A stretch of 64,000 nucleotides of DNA from an uncultured Chroococcidiopsis sp. (GCA_964248365.1 CAXTYC010000023.1:11598-75597); one strand, 5' to 3'; shown: positions 28,118 to 39,893, counted from the stretch's first letter. The notes: generated from the letters alone by a model not told the origin. Program-made: numbers and translations.

Positions 28118-30187
28118 TTAATGATGACCGTTGCCGTTGCCATTACTGCCCATTGTCTTCACTCGCTCTGCCAGTTTGTCAGGCACTTCTTGCAGATGGT
28201 GATATTGCCATTGGAAAGAACCAACTCCCAGGGTAAGCGAGCGCAGCTCTACAATAAAGCTTTGCATCTCGGCTTGGGGTAAATAAGCTGTGAGTTTGTC
28301 CCAACCAGACCAGTCATCTCTACCCTCATAGCCCAAGATTTGCCCCCGTCGTCCACTCACCAGTTGCATCACCTTAGAAGTAAATTCGCTGGGTGTTGCA
28401 ACTTCAATAGCGGCGATTGGTTCTAACAATGTGGGTTCACATTGATTCATCCCCGTTTGCATAGCAATTCGAGCCGCCTGCTTAAATGCTTGCTCGGAAC
28501 TATCTACCGTGTGGTATGAACCATTTGTCAAAGTTACCGCCACATCCACAACTGGAAAACCCAAAGGACCATGTGCTAGAGACTCCCTGACACCCATTTC
28601 CACACCAGGGATATACTGTCTGGGCACTGCACCACCTACAATCGTTTCTCCGAAGTTAAAGCCTGATCCACGAGGAAGCGGCTTAATTTCCAGGTAAACA
28701 TCCCCAAACTGTCCGTGTCCTCCAGATTGATGCTTGTAACGCCCGTGAACCGATGCGGCAGGTTTGCGAATAGTTTCTTTGTAAGGTACTTGTGGCAGGT
28801 GAGTCGTCATCGGCAAGTTATATTTCCGCCGTAGTCGGTCTAAGGCGACTTGCAGATGTATCTCCCCTTGACCCCAAAGGATAACTTCGTGGGTGTCGCC
28901 GTGTTGCTCCCAATGTAGGGATGGATCTTCTTCTAAGAGCTTGGTTAGCGCTCCACTTAGCTTAACTTCGTCGTTACGCTTTTGGGGAGCGATCGCCAAG
29001 GCATAAACTGGCATCAATTGCTCAGCCTTGGGTAATTCTGTCTTTAATTGCCCATTTGACGAGAGCGTATCACCTGTTTTGATGCCCTCTAAGCGGCTCA
29101 AAGCAATAATTTCACCAGTTTGGGCTTCATTTATTGGTAACTGCTGCTGCCCCATTAAGCGATAAATACCGCCAGTGCGTACGCCGTTGAGGATAGCTCC
29201 GTCGGTTAACTTACCTTGCCAAACTCGTACCAGGGAGATTTTCCCACCTTGAGGAGTGTAATAAGTTTTCAGCACTTGCCCTAAAGGTGCATCAGGATGG
29301 AGAACAATTCCCCGCCGCTGTGCCGTAGTTTCTGGTTCAGGAGCTTCTCGCAGTAGCGCTTCTAAAAGTGGTCGCACTCCAAAATCTTGTTCTGCTACAC
29401 CACAGAAGACAGGAACAACCAAATCTGCTCCCAATTCGAGTTTCAAATCTTGCAGGATTTCTTCTTGGGGTGGATTAATTTCTTCTAAAAGTTCTTCCAA
29501 TAAGTGATCGTCAAAGTTGGCTAATTCTTCCAGCATTTCTGCTCGTGCGGCTTGCTCTTGTTCCTTTAGGGTGTCTGGGAACCCAATCGGATCGGCTGGA
29601 GCGCCTGGGTGATATTGATAAGCTTGTTCACTCACTAGGTCAATATAACCAGTCAGCTGTTCATCCTGAATAATTGGATATTGGTGCGGTACTAGAGGAC
29701 GACTAGAAACAGACTTGAGGGCGTGCAACATTTCGATAAAGTTGTTGCTTACCCGATCCATTTTGTTGATAAATACTAGGTGGGGAATTTCCCAGTCATC
29801 GAGGAATTTAAATAGGGGTGCGAGGGTGAGAACTCGTTGGCGAAGTACGCCATCCGAGGCATCGTTAACTGGTTCGCAGACGACAACCGCTGCATCTACA
29901 CCCATTAAAGCGTTATAAGTTTCTTGGGCGAATTCGACTGAGCCTGGGCAGTCGATAAATGTGAAGCGCACACTATCATACTGGGTGCTAGCTGCGCTCA
30001 CTTCTACACTCATATGGCGATCGCGCGCTTCTGTTGCACTGTCTCCTACGGTATTGCCGTCTTTGACACTACCTTTGCGAGAAATCGCCCCTGTGACGTA
30101 CAACAAACTTTCGAGTAACGTTGTTTTGCCACTTAAATAGGGACCTACAATGGCAACATTGCGCGCGCTTCTCACTTTTTCGTTCAT
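28118..30187 (-). CDS. Elongation factor G paralog (EF-G2/FusA-like GTPase)
   Basis: GPYLSGKTT, DCPG, NKMD, GQGEIHL, YKHQSGGHGQFG, GSYHTVDSSE, LLEPI. Confidence 0.92.
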   Translation of the reverse strand: MNEKVRSARNVAIVGPYLSGKTTLLESLLYVTGAISRKGSVKDGNTVGDSATEARDRHMSVEVSAASTQYDSVRFTFIDCPGSVEFAQETYNALMGVDAAVVVCEPVNDASDGVLRQRVLTLAPLFKFLDDWEIPHLVFINKMDRVSNNFIEMLHALKSVSSRPLVPHQYPIIQDEQLTGYIDLVSEQAYQYHPGAPADPIGFPDTLKEQEQAARAEMLEELANFDDHLLEELLEEINPPQEEILQDLKLELGADLVVPVFCGVAEQDFGVRPLLEALLREAPEPETTAQRRGIVLHPDAPLGQVLKTYYTPQGGKISLVRVWQGKLTDGAILNGVRTGGIYRLMGQQQLPINEAQTGEIIALSRLEGIKTGDTLSSNGQLKTELPKAEQLMPVYALAIAPQKRNDEVKLSGALTKLLEEDPSLHWEQHGDTHEVILWGQGEIHLQVALDRLRRKYNLPMTTHLPQVPYKETIRKPAASVHGRYKHQSGGHGQFGDVYLEIKPLPRGSGFNFGETIVGGAVPRQYIPGVEMGVRESLAHGPLGFPVVDVAVTLTNGSYHTVDSSEQAFKQAARIAMQTGMNQCEPTLLEPIAAIEVATPSEFTSKVMQLVSGRRGQILGYEGRDDWSGWDKLTAYLPQAEMQSFIVELRSLTLGVGSFQWQYHHLQEVPDKLAERVKTMGSNGNGNGHH

Positions 30188-30782
30188 ATAACCTCCTAGG
30201 CGGTTTTCCTTTGCCGGACCCGCATCTTTGTGAGTTGACGATGGATAATGTTGTAGAGAATTATCTCGTCTTTAATCTGACCTTATCTTGTATTTAATCC
30301 TATTAATAAAAATCGTAGTGTCTTGTAAGATTTAAATTAATTAGTATTAATTCAAATAAATTTTTGTACAAATATTTTTAGTTTTATAAAGAGAAGGAAC
30401 GTTAATCCCTTATCGTCCACCAATTGCATACTGTGGTTGGCGATGGAAGCTAATTGCCAGGTGAAGCACGATCAATGCTTTCACTTTCTTAAGAAATTAT
30501 ATAGTTTTTTTTGTTTCTCGCAATAGACTTGGACACTGCACAGGAAGGGTTTCCCGACAGGAGGCAAAGTGTCCGCGTATACTGCACTCGCTCCAAGCCG
30601 CAGGCTAGACGCGATCGTTCGGACGCAAAAAGTCTCGCGCAGATCTCCTTATGCAATACGTCTAGTGTCTAGGTTAAAGCAACAATTTTGAGCTTTAATG
30701 GTAGCTGATGAGCTTTGAGATTCAAGTATTCTTTTAATTAAAAGCTAATAGCTAGTAGCTTTAAAGAAAAAGGTTTTATTTT

Positions 30783-30820
30783 AAAAGGGGAAGCAGGTAA
30801 GTTCCCTTGCTTCCCCTTTT
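30783..30820. terminator. Bidirectional intrinsic-terminator-like hairpin
   Basis: AAAAGGGGAAGCA-N12-TGCTTCCCCTTTT perfect 13-bp arms just downstream of the minus-strand ORF ending at 30841. Confidence 0.75.
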
Positions 30821-30840
30821 AGAACTGTTCAATTCGTCGA

Positions 30841-31833
30841 TTAGTCTTTTTTGGCGGGGGGTTCTTTTTCCCGCAACAGTTCGGCTGCGGTTCGCAGTAA
30901 ATCGCTTAAGATATTGCGAAGTTGTCGCTCTTTCTTGCCTAGAGCTTCCCCAGCTTCTCGTAGCCTTTCTTCTAATTGTAGTTGCGATCGCTTTTGTTCA
31001 GCTTGATCAACTTCTGTTTCAGCTTTGGTACGAGTTCGGTTATACCAGTTTTTTGCTTCCTCTAGATTTTCCTTAATTTCCTCATATCGTCCTCCATATC
31101 TTGCAGCCAAGTTAGCTCTTAGAATTGCTGCTTGTGCTTGCAGTTGGGCATAGCGTTTTTTGAGTAAAGCAAACTCTTCGCTGTTTTTGAAGTTATTGAT
31201 CGCAGATGCAATTGATTCTTTGATATTTGGGGAAGATTCTTTACCCGCCTCTTCCACATCAATTAGCAATCTGTCAATTTCTTTTTGCAGTTCCTCTTCT
31301 TCATTGTCTATTTGTGCCTGTAGCTGCTTAACTTCTGCCTGATTTTTGGCAATAGCTTGCCGTCTTATGCTACTAAAGCCTTCGATCACACCCTCAATCG
31401 CAGCTGTAATTTCTTCTTTGATTTCGCTACCTTTTTCTTGCAAACTTTCACTTACCGCACCTACAGTATCTTTAACAATTGTGCGAATGTCGTTGGAGCC
31501 TGCTTTTAATTCTGTAGCTACTTGGGATTTTGTTTGAGATATGGCACTTTGCACAATCTCTCTGATGCGTTCAGATCTTAGCTGCCCTGCTGTTTTAGCT
31601 TGCTGTAGCTCTGATTTGATTTGTTCCCTAATTTGCTCTACAAAGAGTTGATCCTTTGAGCTTGCGGACACAACAGGTCGCCCAGCAAAGTCCTCAAAAT
31701 TTTCGTAGTCTTTTGGATCGATGCTGGAGTCATCCTGGTAGGGGCTGGAGGTTTGATCATGATTGATTAATCCTGGCTTACCCTCAGCCAATTTCTCCAT
31801 GATTTTTTGTTTTTCTTCGTTACTCAGAGTCAT
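30841..31833 (-). CDS. Coiled-coil hypothetical protein
   Basis: 330-aa ORF rich in E/K/Q/A heptads; no catalytic motif recognised. Confidence 0.75.
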   Translation of the reverse strand: MTLSNEEKQKIMEKLAEGKPGLINHDQTSSPYQDDSSIDPKDYENFEDFAGRPVVSASSKDQLFVEQIREQIKSELQQAKTAGQLRSERIREIVQSAISQTKSQVATELKAGSNDIRTIVKDTVGAVSESLQEKGSEIKEEITAAIEGVIEGFSSIRRQAIAKNQAEVKQLQAQIDNEEEELQKEIDRLLIDVEEAGKESSPNIKESIASAINNFKNSEEFALLKKRYAQLQAQAAILRANLAARYGGRYEEIKENLEEAKNWYNRTRTKAETEVDQAEQKRSQLQLEERLREAGEALGKKERQLRNILSDLLRTAAELLREKEPPAKKD

Positions 31834-32426
31834 GTTACCTTTCTCCTGATTCTAAGTAAAATTGTTAAACGCTAGAAGGAATTGATATTTGAGCCTGTAG
31901 ATTATTGTGAATTAATTACCCGTTTGACTAATAACTATTTTTTGAATATTTTTACTAATTTTTAGGGTAAGTTTACATCTCTATATAAAAAGTTTACATA
32001 CTAAATTAATTCAACCACCTCTGTCTGACGACTGAGGTTTAGTTGAGAGAAGATAGCGGTAACTGGGTCAAGTGAATTGGGTGATTTCTTACGGTAGCTT
32101 GAGACAAAATTCAAAAAGGGGTGGGGTTTGTGCTACCTGCTAGAGGGAATTAGAGTCAGGTATGGCATAAAAAGTAGTATTGCCTTCTTCGATAGTGAAG
32201 TGTTAGCTATATAAACTTAGAAACTGAATTGGACGACTTGGAGGCGGATAAAAATCACCTAGCTAACCTTTGTATGACCAGACAGCGCAACACCAGAGGA
32301 GAGATACCGATTGAATAAAGGGGAAGGGGCGCTTAAACTGACGGATTAGAACCGTTGACCATCATAATATCAACAGGGATAATTTCAGCTTGCCAAGAAT
32401 TGTAAAAGAGGAGGCATTAAGCGTCA

Positions 32427-32669
32427 ATGCGTTGTACTATTTCAAGTCGTGCTGGTCAAGTCTTAGCTAATGGCTATTTGTTCATCCAAAAAGATGAGAA
32501 TGGTGAACTACGCTTAAACTTGCGTACAGATAGAGGTAAGTTAATTCAAGGTGGAATTATTGACACTGATGGAGATTTAACCGCAGCCAGTCAAGTATTA
32601 TTCCGTGCCTTGTATGAAACTTGGGGAATGAGCGATATTACCCTCAGTGCGATCGCCTCTTATAAGTGA
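32427..32669 (+). CDS. Hypothetical protein
   Basis: 80-aa ORF preceded by GAGGAGG; not overlapped by a larger gene. Confidence 0.65.
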   Translation: MRCTISSRAGQVLANGYLFIQKDENGELRLNLRTDRGKLIQGGIIDTDGDLTAASQVLFRALYETWGMSDITLSAIASYK

Positions 32670-32865
32670 GTATAGCTTGGGGTTTTAACCCCAGTGGTAG
32701 GCTGTTCTGCGGCTTAGTATATTCTTTGCCTCAGATCTTAATAAGATACCTCAAGCACCTAACGCCACGTACTCGTAGTAAGTGGCTAGTAAGGTAATAA
32801 TTGGCGCATTTTTGCAATCCCCTAGATCCTCTCGCTTCCTCTAGCTATAGCGCCTCTAGCTCTCG

Positions 32866-33627
32866 CTAATCGTGAATCGTGCCATCGGGCATAATTGCCC
32901 CAGTCAATTTTGCTCCGGTGAGTTTAACCATGATCCGGTTTTGCGATCCTACCTTGGCTCCCCTTAAATCAGCTCCGCTTAAATCGGCTCCACTTAAATC
33001 AGCACCAATTAAGTTTGTTTCCTGCAAATTAGCCCCACTGAGATTTGATTGCAGCAGGTTAGCTCTAAATAGATTTGCTCGATACAGATTCGCGCCTTGT
33101 AGATTGACCTTATGTAGAAATGCATCACTCAGGTCAGCGTTACTCAAGTTAGCACTGCTGAGGTTTCTGCCTGACAAGTCTTTTTCTTTTAGGTGCGCTC
33201 CTCTGAGATCGGCTCCACTCAAATCCGAATAGGGTTTTTTAGCTTGATGGTGAGATTGTTGAGAGCCAGAGCCAGAGGCAGAGTAATAGTTTGGTCGGGG
33301 TGGCTTTTCTTGATGGTGTGGGGGTGTTGATTTTGACTGGGCTGGCGTTGTGGTATGTTGCTTATGAACACGCGATTTTATTGACCGCAAGTGGTCACGA
33401 GCGTGATTTATTTCCTTGAGTTTTTCCTGAGCCTTCTGCTGGAGTCGTTGATTATCGGAAGGAATGCGATCGGGATGCCAAATAAAAGCCAAGTCCTTGT
33501 AAGCCTGGTTTATTTCCTCAAGGGAAGCTCCTGGCTCTAACCCAAGCGCTCTGTAGTAATGGTCAAGATTATGCATCACTACTGATGTACCGTTTTTAGC
33601 TTCATCATAGCGAAGTTTGTTACCCAA
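32866..33627 (-). CDS. DnaJ-domain / pentapeptide-repeat protein
   Basis: YYRALGL...WHPDR J domain; C-terminal A(D/N)LxxA repeats. Confidence 0.9.
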   Translation of the reverse strand: MGNKLRYDEAKNGTSVVMHNLDHYYRALGLEPGASLEEINQAYKDLAFIWHPDRIPSDNQRLQQKAQEKLKEINHARDHLRSIKSRVHKQHTTTPAQSKSTPPHHQEKPPRPNYYSASGSGSQQSHHQAKKPYSDLSGADLRGAHLKEKDLSGRNLSSANLSNADLSDAFLHKVNLQGANLYRANLFRANLLQSNLSGANLQETNLIGADLSGADLSGADLRGAKVGSQNRIMVKLTGAKLTGAIMPDGTIHD

Positions 33628-33792
33628 TTATGTTAGTGGCTGCTTTTGGGCGTGGCGGATGCGCCTGGGAAGTAATGGGGGCGTTAACAACAGTACTTAG
33701 GAGCGTTGGAAATTATATTCTTTTTGTGGTTCGCCATGTTGTTTTTGCAGTTAATTAAAAGCTAAAAGCTAAAAGCTAATAGCTAATAGCTT

Positions 33793-34440
33793 TTATGCCA
33801 TTTGGTTTTCAATTGCCCAACGTGCTAGTTCTGTACGGTTATTAAGTCCAGTTTTACCTAACATATTAGAAACATGACTTTCTACCGTGCGCTGACTCAC
33901 ATTCAGTTCTTGAGCAATATCGCGGTTAGCCAAACCTCTTGCCACAAATTGCACTACTTTCAGTTCCGTTTGCGTCAGATGCACATCGAAAGGAACCTGA
34001 ATTTTCGTCTCGTTTTCGCCGCCACCTCCTGTCTGTTGTCTTTGACGGTATGCCTGCTTTAGCGAAGCTTCCACTTGAGCCACTAATTCTTCTGGCTCAA
34101 ATGGTTTAACCATATAAACATCTGCACCAATGTTAAGACCCTTAATTTTGTCCCCGCTTTGACCCTTGGCGGAAAGGAATAAAATTGGAATCCAACTAGT
34201 GCGTTCGTCTTGCCGAACTTGATTGACAAACGAATAGCCGTCCATTTCCGGCATCATCACGTCGCAGATGATCATGTCTGGAATTTCCTGCTCTAAGACT
34301 TCTAGAGCTTCCCGTCCATTTTCAGCCGTGATGACTTCATAGCCTCGGAATTCTAAGTAATCCTTGACGAGCAAAATGAGGTTAGGGTCATCATCAATCA
34401 ACAGCAGTCGTTTATGCTCTTTTACGCTGGTTTCTTTCAT
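33793..34440 (-). CDS. NarL/LuxR-family response regulator
   Basis: LLIDDD, CDVMMP, KPF; LTQTELKVVQFVARGLANRDIA...RTVESHVSN HTH. Confidence 0.95.
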   Translation of the reverse strand: MKETSVKEHKRLLLIDDDPNLILLVKDYLEFRGYEVITAENGREALEVLEQEIPDMIICDVMMPEMDGYSFVNQVRQDERTSWIPILFLSAKGQSGDKIKGLNIGADVYMVKPFEPEELVAQVEASLKQAYRQRQQTGGGGENETKIQVPFDVHLTQTELKVVQFVARGLANRDIAQELNVSQRTVESHVSNMLGKTGLNNRTELARWAIENQMA

Positions 34441-34860
34441 GCTGTGCTATTCGTCACGCTTGAAACAGTCAATTCCAATAGTTTTTTCGGGGTTTTTTTT
34501 GTTTAATGGCATTCTACTGAATTTGTTGTTACTTCTTTCTAGTAGAGAAGCCATTCTTAATCTTCTGTAGAAGATGTTGAGTTGTTCCCTCCATACGGCA
34601 ACCGCGTTTATTATCAGTCAAAGTACGGAGACCTTTAGTAAACCTTAGACAGTATAACTGAGGCGCTATCATTATATATTCATTTTTAAAGTATTGGGTT
34701 TAAAAACTGATACAATCACCTTAAAAATACCTAACTTTATACCCAAGAGGATGTAAAAGCTAACGCCAGCAATACCTATAGCTTTGGGTTGACAAACTTA
34801 CCTGTGGGGTTGATACCTGCCATAGGTAATTAGACTGAAAAAATAGTATCGGATGAAGCC

Positions 34861-35334
34861 TTATTGTGCATTGCCAGAAGGAGCGATCGCACCAGGTGCA
34901 GGTTGGGGCAAAGGATGAATCAAGAATGCGTATGACTGCACGACTTGATTGCCGATTAGATGTTCTTGAATAATTCGCTCAATTACTTCAGGCGTTGCCA
35001 TCCGATACCAAACGCCATCAGGATAAACAACTAAGATTGGTCCAGAGGAACAAACTCGCAAACAATTAGCTTTAGTGCGAAAAATGCAACTGGGGCGATC
35101 GCTCGTTGGTTTGTCGAGTTTTAACTGTTTCAGGCGCTTTTTCAGATATTCCCAAGATTCTAGACTGGCTGCCGAGGAGCAGCATTGAGGTAGGGTTGGA
35201 TCGGCACAAATAAATATATGTCGCTCAATTTGGGGTAATCCCAAAGCATGGACACAAGCGGACATTGCATCTGTATCTTTTGCCTGACAAGTTTCAACTT
35301 CTTCCTTATTCGATTGGATTGTATCTTCCGTCAT
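34861..35334 (-). CDS. Thioredoxin-like [2Fe-2S] ferredoxin
   Basis: RHIFICAD...[27 protein letters not shown]. Confidence 0.88.
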   Translation of the reverse strand: MTEDTIQSNKEEVETCQAKDTDAMSACVHALGLPQIERHIFICADPTLPQCCSSAASLESWEYLKKRLKQLKLDKPTSDRPSCIFRTKANCLRVCSSGPILVVYPDGVWYRMATPEVIERIIQEHLIGNQVVQSYAFLIHPLPQPAPGAIAPSGNAQ

Positions 35335-35438
35335 TGTTACTCTCTAATTTAACTGCCTAAAACTATTGTCACCCCTAGCTGTACCCTTGCACCCTCTGCA
35401 TTTCCTAGCCCCTAGCCCCCAGCCCCAGTCCCTCATGA

Positions 35439-35454
35439 GTTCGGAAACCCGTAC
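35439..35454 (+). promoter_or_regulatory. K-box upstream of groESL
   Basis: GTTCGG-AAAC-CCGTAC matches the cyanobacterial consensus GTTCGG-NNAN-CCNNAC. Confidence 0.8.
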
Positions 35455-35493
35455 AACCCCTTTTGTTGCGATCGCATCTGGCTAGAGGCTAAA

Positions 35494-35520
35494 TTAGCAC
35501 TCAGGAGTCGAGAGTGCTAA
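35494..35520 (+). promoter_or_regulatory. CIRCE element (HrcA operator)
   Basis: TTAGCACTC-AGGAGTCGA-GAGTGCTAA, exact consensus, 18 nt before groES. Confidence 0.97.
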
Positions 35521-35538
35521 CAAGCGAGAAATTTTTGT

Positions 35539-35850
35539 ATGGCAGCAGTATCTCTAAGCGTATCTACAGTTAAACCTTTAGCCGATCGCGTTTTTGTAAA
35601 AGTCAGCGCCTCGGAAGAGAAAACCGCTGGTGGTCTTTATTTGCCAGACACCGCGAAAGAAAAGCCTCAAGTCGGTGAAGTAGTAGCTTTAGGACCTGGC
35701 AGACGCAACGATGATGGTTCTCGTCAGGAAATGGAAATCAAAGTCGGAGACAAAGTTCTCTATTCCAAATATGCTGGAACCGACATCAAACTAGGCACAG
35801 AAGAATACGTTCTGTTGTCGGAAAAAGACATTCTGGCAGTAGTTAGCTAA
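35539..35850 (+). CDS. groES: Co-chaperonin GroES
   Basis: [35 protein letters not shown]. Confidence 0.98.
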   Translation: MAAVSLSVSTVKPLADRVFVKVSASEEKTAGGLYLPDTAKEKPQVGEVVALGPGRRNDDGSRQEMEIKVGDKVLYSKYAGTDIKLGTEEYVLLSEKDILAVVS

Positions 35851-35897
35851 TGGGTAATGGGGAACGCGCAGTTACCAACTACCAACTACCAACTACC

Positions 35898-35961
35898 GTA
35901 CGGGCGGGTTTATCAGACATACTTGTGAACCTTCAAATAACTGGTTTAAAGTCGCCCCTAC
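35898..35961. repeat. REP-like palindromic element (GTAGGGGCG family)
   Basis: Arms GTACGGGCGGGTTTA...TAAAGTCGCCCCTAC; an inverted homologue lies at 43171-43233. Confidence 0.75.
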
Positions 35962-35993
35962 CAAGTACCAACTACCAATTACCAAAATCTTAG

Positions 35994-37640
<1,647 letters not shown>

Positions 37641-37646
37641 TTATGT

Positions 37647-37671
37647 GTATGGTGGGCAATGCCCACCCTAC
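37647..37671. repeat. Short REP-like hairpin
   Basis: GTATGGTGGGCAATGCCCACCCTAC. Confidence 0.7.
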
Positions 37672-37677
37672 AATTAT

Positions 37678-37712
37678 CAGCTGCTTCCTTTGTGGGAGCG
37701 GCTGTTTTTTTT
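37678..37712 (+). terminator. Intrinsic terminator of groESL
   Basis: CAGCTGCTTCC-TTTGT-GGGAGCGGCTG hairpin followed by a T-run. Confidence 0.8.
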
Positions 37713-37799
37713 ACGAACCGCCAACACGTGCGTGTAGCGCCAGCGTTTAGACGCAAAGAGCGCGAAGGAGGAAATTGCTAAGTGAAGAGGCAGGGTTTA

Positions 37800-38150
37800 T
37801 TAAGAATTAGTGAGAATTTTATTTGCTCTGTACCCACATACTGGGCAAGGACTCACCCAGCGATAACCTTTTGGCGTTGCGGGGTGAATTCTGTTATCTG
37901 TAGGACAATATTTATGGTAAAGCCAGCACTCAAGTCCATAAGCTTCATGAACTGTATCGCAGTGAATAAAAATATAATAAGGGTATTCTCTATTCTTTAT
38001 TCTTTTTCTTAAACTCCTATCAGATCTACCCACATAGAGAACAGGATTGTTCAGCGCTTTCAAAAAAAGATATACACCAGGTTTATCTGTAACATCAGTA
38101 TGTTGCTCAAGTTGATTTAATTGCCTTACTTCAGAATATTTATATACCAC
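37800..38150 (-). CDS. Small GIY-YIG-like nuclease-domain protein
   Basis: KPGVYLF...VLYVGRS...SLRKRI, conserved Glu in AYGLECWL, C-terminal CPVC. Confidence 0.65.
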   Translation of the reverse strand: MVYKYSEVRQLNQLEQHTDVTDKPGVYLFLKALNNPVLYVGRSDRSLRKRIKNREYPYYIFIHCDTVHEAYGLECWLYHKYCPTDNRIHPATPKGYRWVSPCPVCGYRANKILTNS

Positions 38151-38314
38151 TAAAATTTATCCATCTGCCTTATTCAATTAGTTAGTGTATCTAAGCAATT
38201 AGATAATTTTTACTGTAATTCCACCTATTTATTCTTTCAGTTTCAACTTAATTGCGTTGTTGTACTGATACATACAAAAATAGATTTCATTTTGACAAAT
38301 GCGATCGCACCCAA

Positions 38315-38438
38315 TCAATAAGAACGGTTAATAAAGTCTTCTGGATCAATGCCAGCTTGCGTTAATATCGCACCTAATGTTCCTGGCATATCACTAGTAT
38401 GAAATCTCTCGATAACTAAATCCTGCTAACCTACCCAT
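38315..38438 (-). pseudogene. hicA: HicA toxin remnant (internal deletion plus frameshift)
   Basis: MGRLAGFSYREI then stop; another frame gives HTSDMPGTLGAILTQAGIDPEDF; the central GSH segment is absent. Confidence 0.75.
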
Positions 38439-38445
38439 TAGTTAA

Positions 38446-38677
38446 CTACTGACCTACAACTAAGGGGTATTCAAATTGCTCAGCTATTGGTTGCAAGTAA
38501 TCGGTTTCGTTACGCTGGCGAACGTGCTTCTAATAGTTTAGGTGCTACATCACGAGCAATTTCCAAAGTTTCAGCAATCGTCCGTCCTTGTGCGACTAAC
38601 CCTGGAAGTTCCTCAGAAGTTGCTAAATAAACTCCTTCTGGTAGTTTCTCAATGTGTATGTTGACAATTTTTTCCAC
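38446..38677 (-). pseudogene. hicB: HicB antitoxin with a +1 frameshift near the C-terminus
   Basis: GTG-EKIVNIHIEKLPEGVYLATSEELPGLVAQGRTIAETLEIARDVAPKLLEARSPA*; the shifted frame continues QRNETDYLQPIAEQFEYPLVVGQ* and ends 7 nt before hicA. Confidence 0.75.
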
Positions 38678-38865
38678 TATTATTCTTCCTAGTTGCGACT
38701 ATATTACCTCATTAAACAAACTAGCTCTCTAGCTTTGAATATTTTTATTATGATGATGTTATTATCAAGTTCAACATGATACCTTTGATATCATGAGGTA
38801 ATTTTTATGATTTTTGTGATATAATATGGCTAATAAATGTAATTATTACAGTTTTCATAAAAGAG

Positions 38866-38889
38866 AGCATTGAATTTTAATTCAATGCT
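38866..38889 (-). terminator. Terminator hairpin downstream of the 38916-39164 gene
   Basis: AGCATTGAATT-TT-AATTCAATGCT; the minus strand continues CTCTTTT. Confidence 0.65.
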
Positions 38890-38915
38890 TTGGTCAAAAA
38901 TCAATAGGGCTTGAT

Positions 38916-39164
38916 TTAGTAGTAGTCTGTTTCTGGTTGTGTTTGCGCTATAGCAAAGTTAAATGGATCGTACAGGAAGCGAGTTGCTTCTTCCTCTAAA
39001 CGGTGGATTAGATACGGTTCGATCGCGTTTCCCTGGCGCAGAGCAGCCAAGTAACCGTCTAAATACAGTCGCAGATCGTCAGTGCGATGTCCTCGATTCC
39101 ACATATCGACTAGGGAGTCGGTTAGTTTTTGGTAGTAGCGTATGGTCTGAGTGTCCTGTAGCAT
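38916..39164 (-). CDS. Conserved cyanobacterial small protein (DUF6761-like)
   Basis: MLQDTQTIRYYQKLTD...LRLYLDGYLAALR...HRLEEE. Confidence 0.8.
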   Translation of the reverse strand: MLQDTQTIRYYQKLTDSLVDMWNRGHRTDDLRLYLDGYLAALRQGNAIEPYLIHRLEEEATRFLYDPFNFAIAQTQPETDYY

Positions 39165-39820
39165 AACACAAACGTGAAGTATAAAATGTGAGTTTTTTAA
39201 GTTGTGAGTTTTCTATTATGAAGTATCTAGCGTGAGTTTAGGCTTGAGATTTCAATTAGAAATCTTTAATATAGGACGGGTGGCAGTTAGGTTAGGCAAA
39301 TACTTAGCTACTGTGCGATCGCCTGTTATTTTCTTTCATCTTACCTTCAACTAAATACCCACCTGCATGGATCTAATGGGCGATTTTTGCTGATACCTGG
39401 GTGGAGCTTGACTGGATCTGTATTTAAAGGAAAATACTGTGATTTTTTCCGCAATATAGTGTTTCTTGTTTCACTTAATAGCTATTTAGTCAACTATTCC
39501 TTTTTGTCCCTGCTACCTTAATTAATCAGCCTATCAGTTTAAAATTCCAGCCAGCGATCAGTCTTGAGAGTGAAAATCATCAACTTATTCCTAGAACAAC
39601 TCAGTTAATTCTCCCTTGAAGATAAATTAATTATCAATATTTATTAAGTATAGTTGAAAAAAATAACGTATGCTTGAATTTGCTTTTGATGTTTAAAGGT
39701 TGTAGGCACAAAAGACCATTTGGTTTGATGGCAGATAGAAATAGAATTGCCCAAACTTCCTACTGGTAAGCTTTTCCCAATCTTTAAATCTAAAATATAT
39801 GGTTTCCAAAATGGTATGAG

Positions 39821-39862
39821 GTAGCAGCTGCTACAAAAGCCAACTGCAAGCTTTGTTACTTT
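39821..39862 (+). promoter_or_regulatory. NtcA-activated promoter of nrrA
   Basis: GTA-GCAGCTGC-TAC (39821-39834), 22-nt spacer, TACTTT -10 (39857-39862): canonical GTA-N8-TAC-N22-TAN3T. Confidence 0.88.
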
Positions 39863-39893
39863 GAGATGCAAGTAAGCAAAGGATCTTGCCAGG

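Noticed and set aside
30520-30680. Structured ncRNA or riboswitch upstream of the EF-G paralog
   Set aside because: It has paired segments (GGACACT/AGTGTCC, CTAGACG/CGTCTAG), but the GGGTTTCCCGAC core resembles a common cyanobacterial dispersed repeat, and I could match no known RNA motif.
32866-33627. DnaJ-pentapeptide fusion as a novelty
   Set aside because: A common cyanobacterial architecture.
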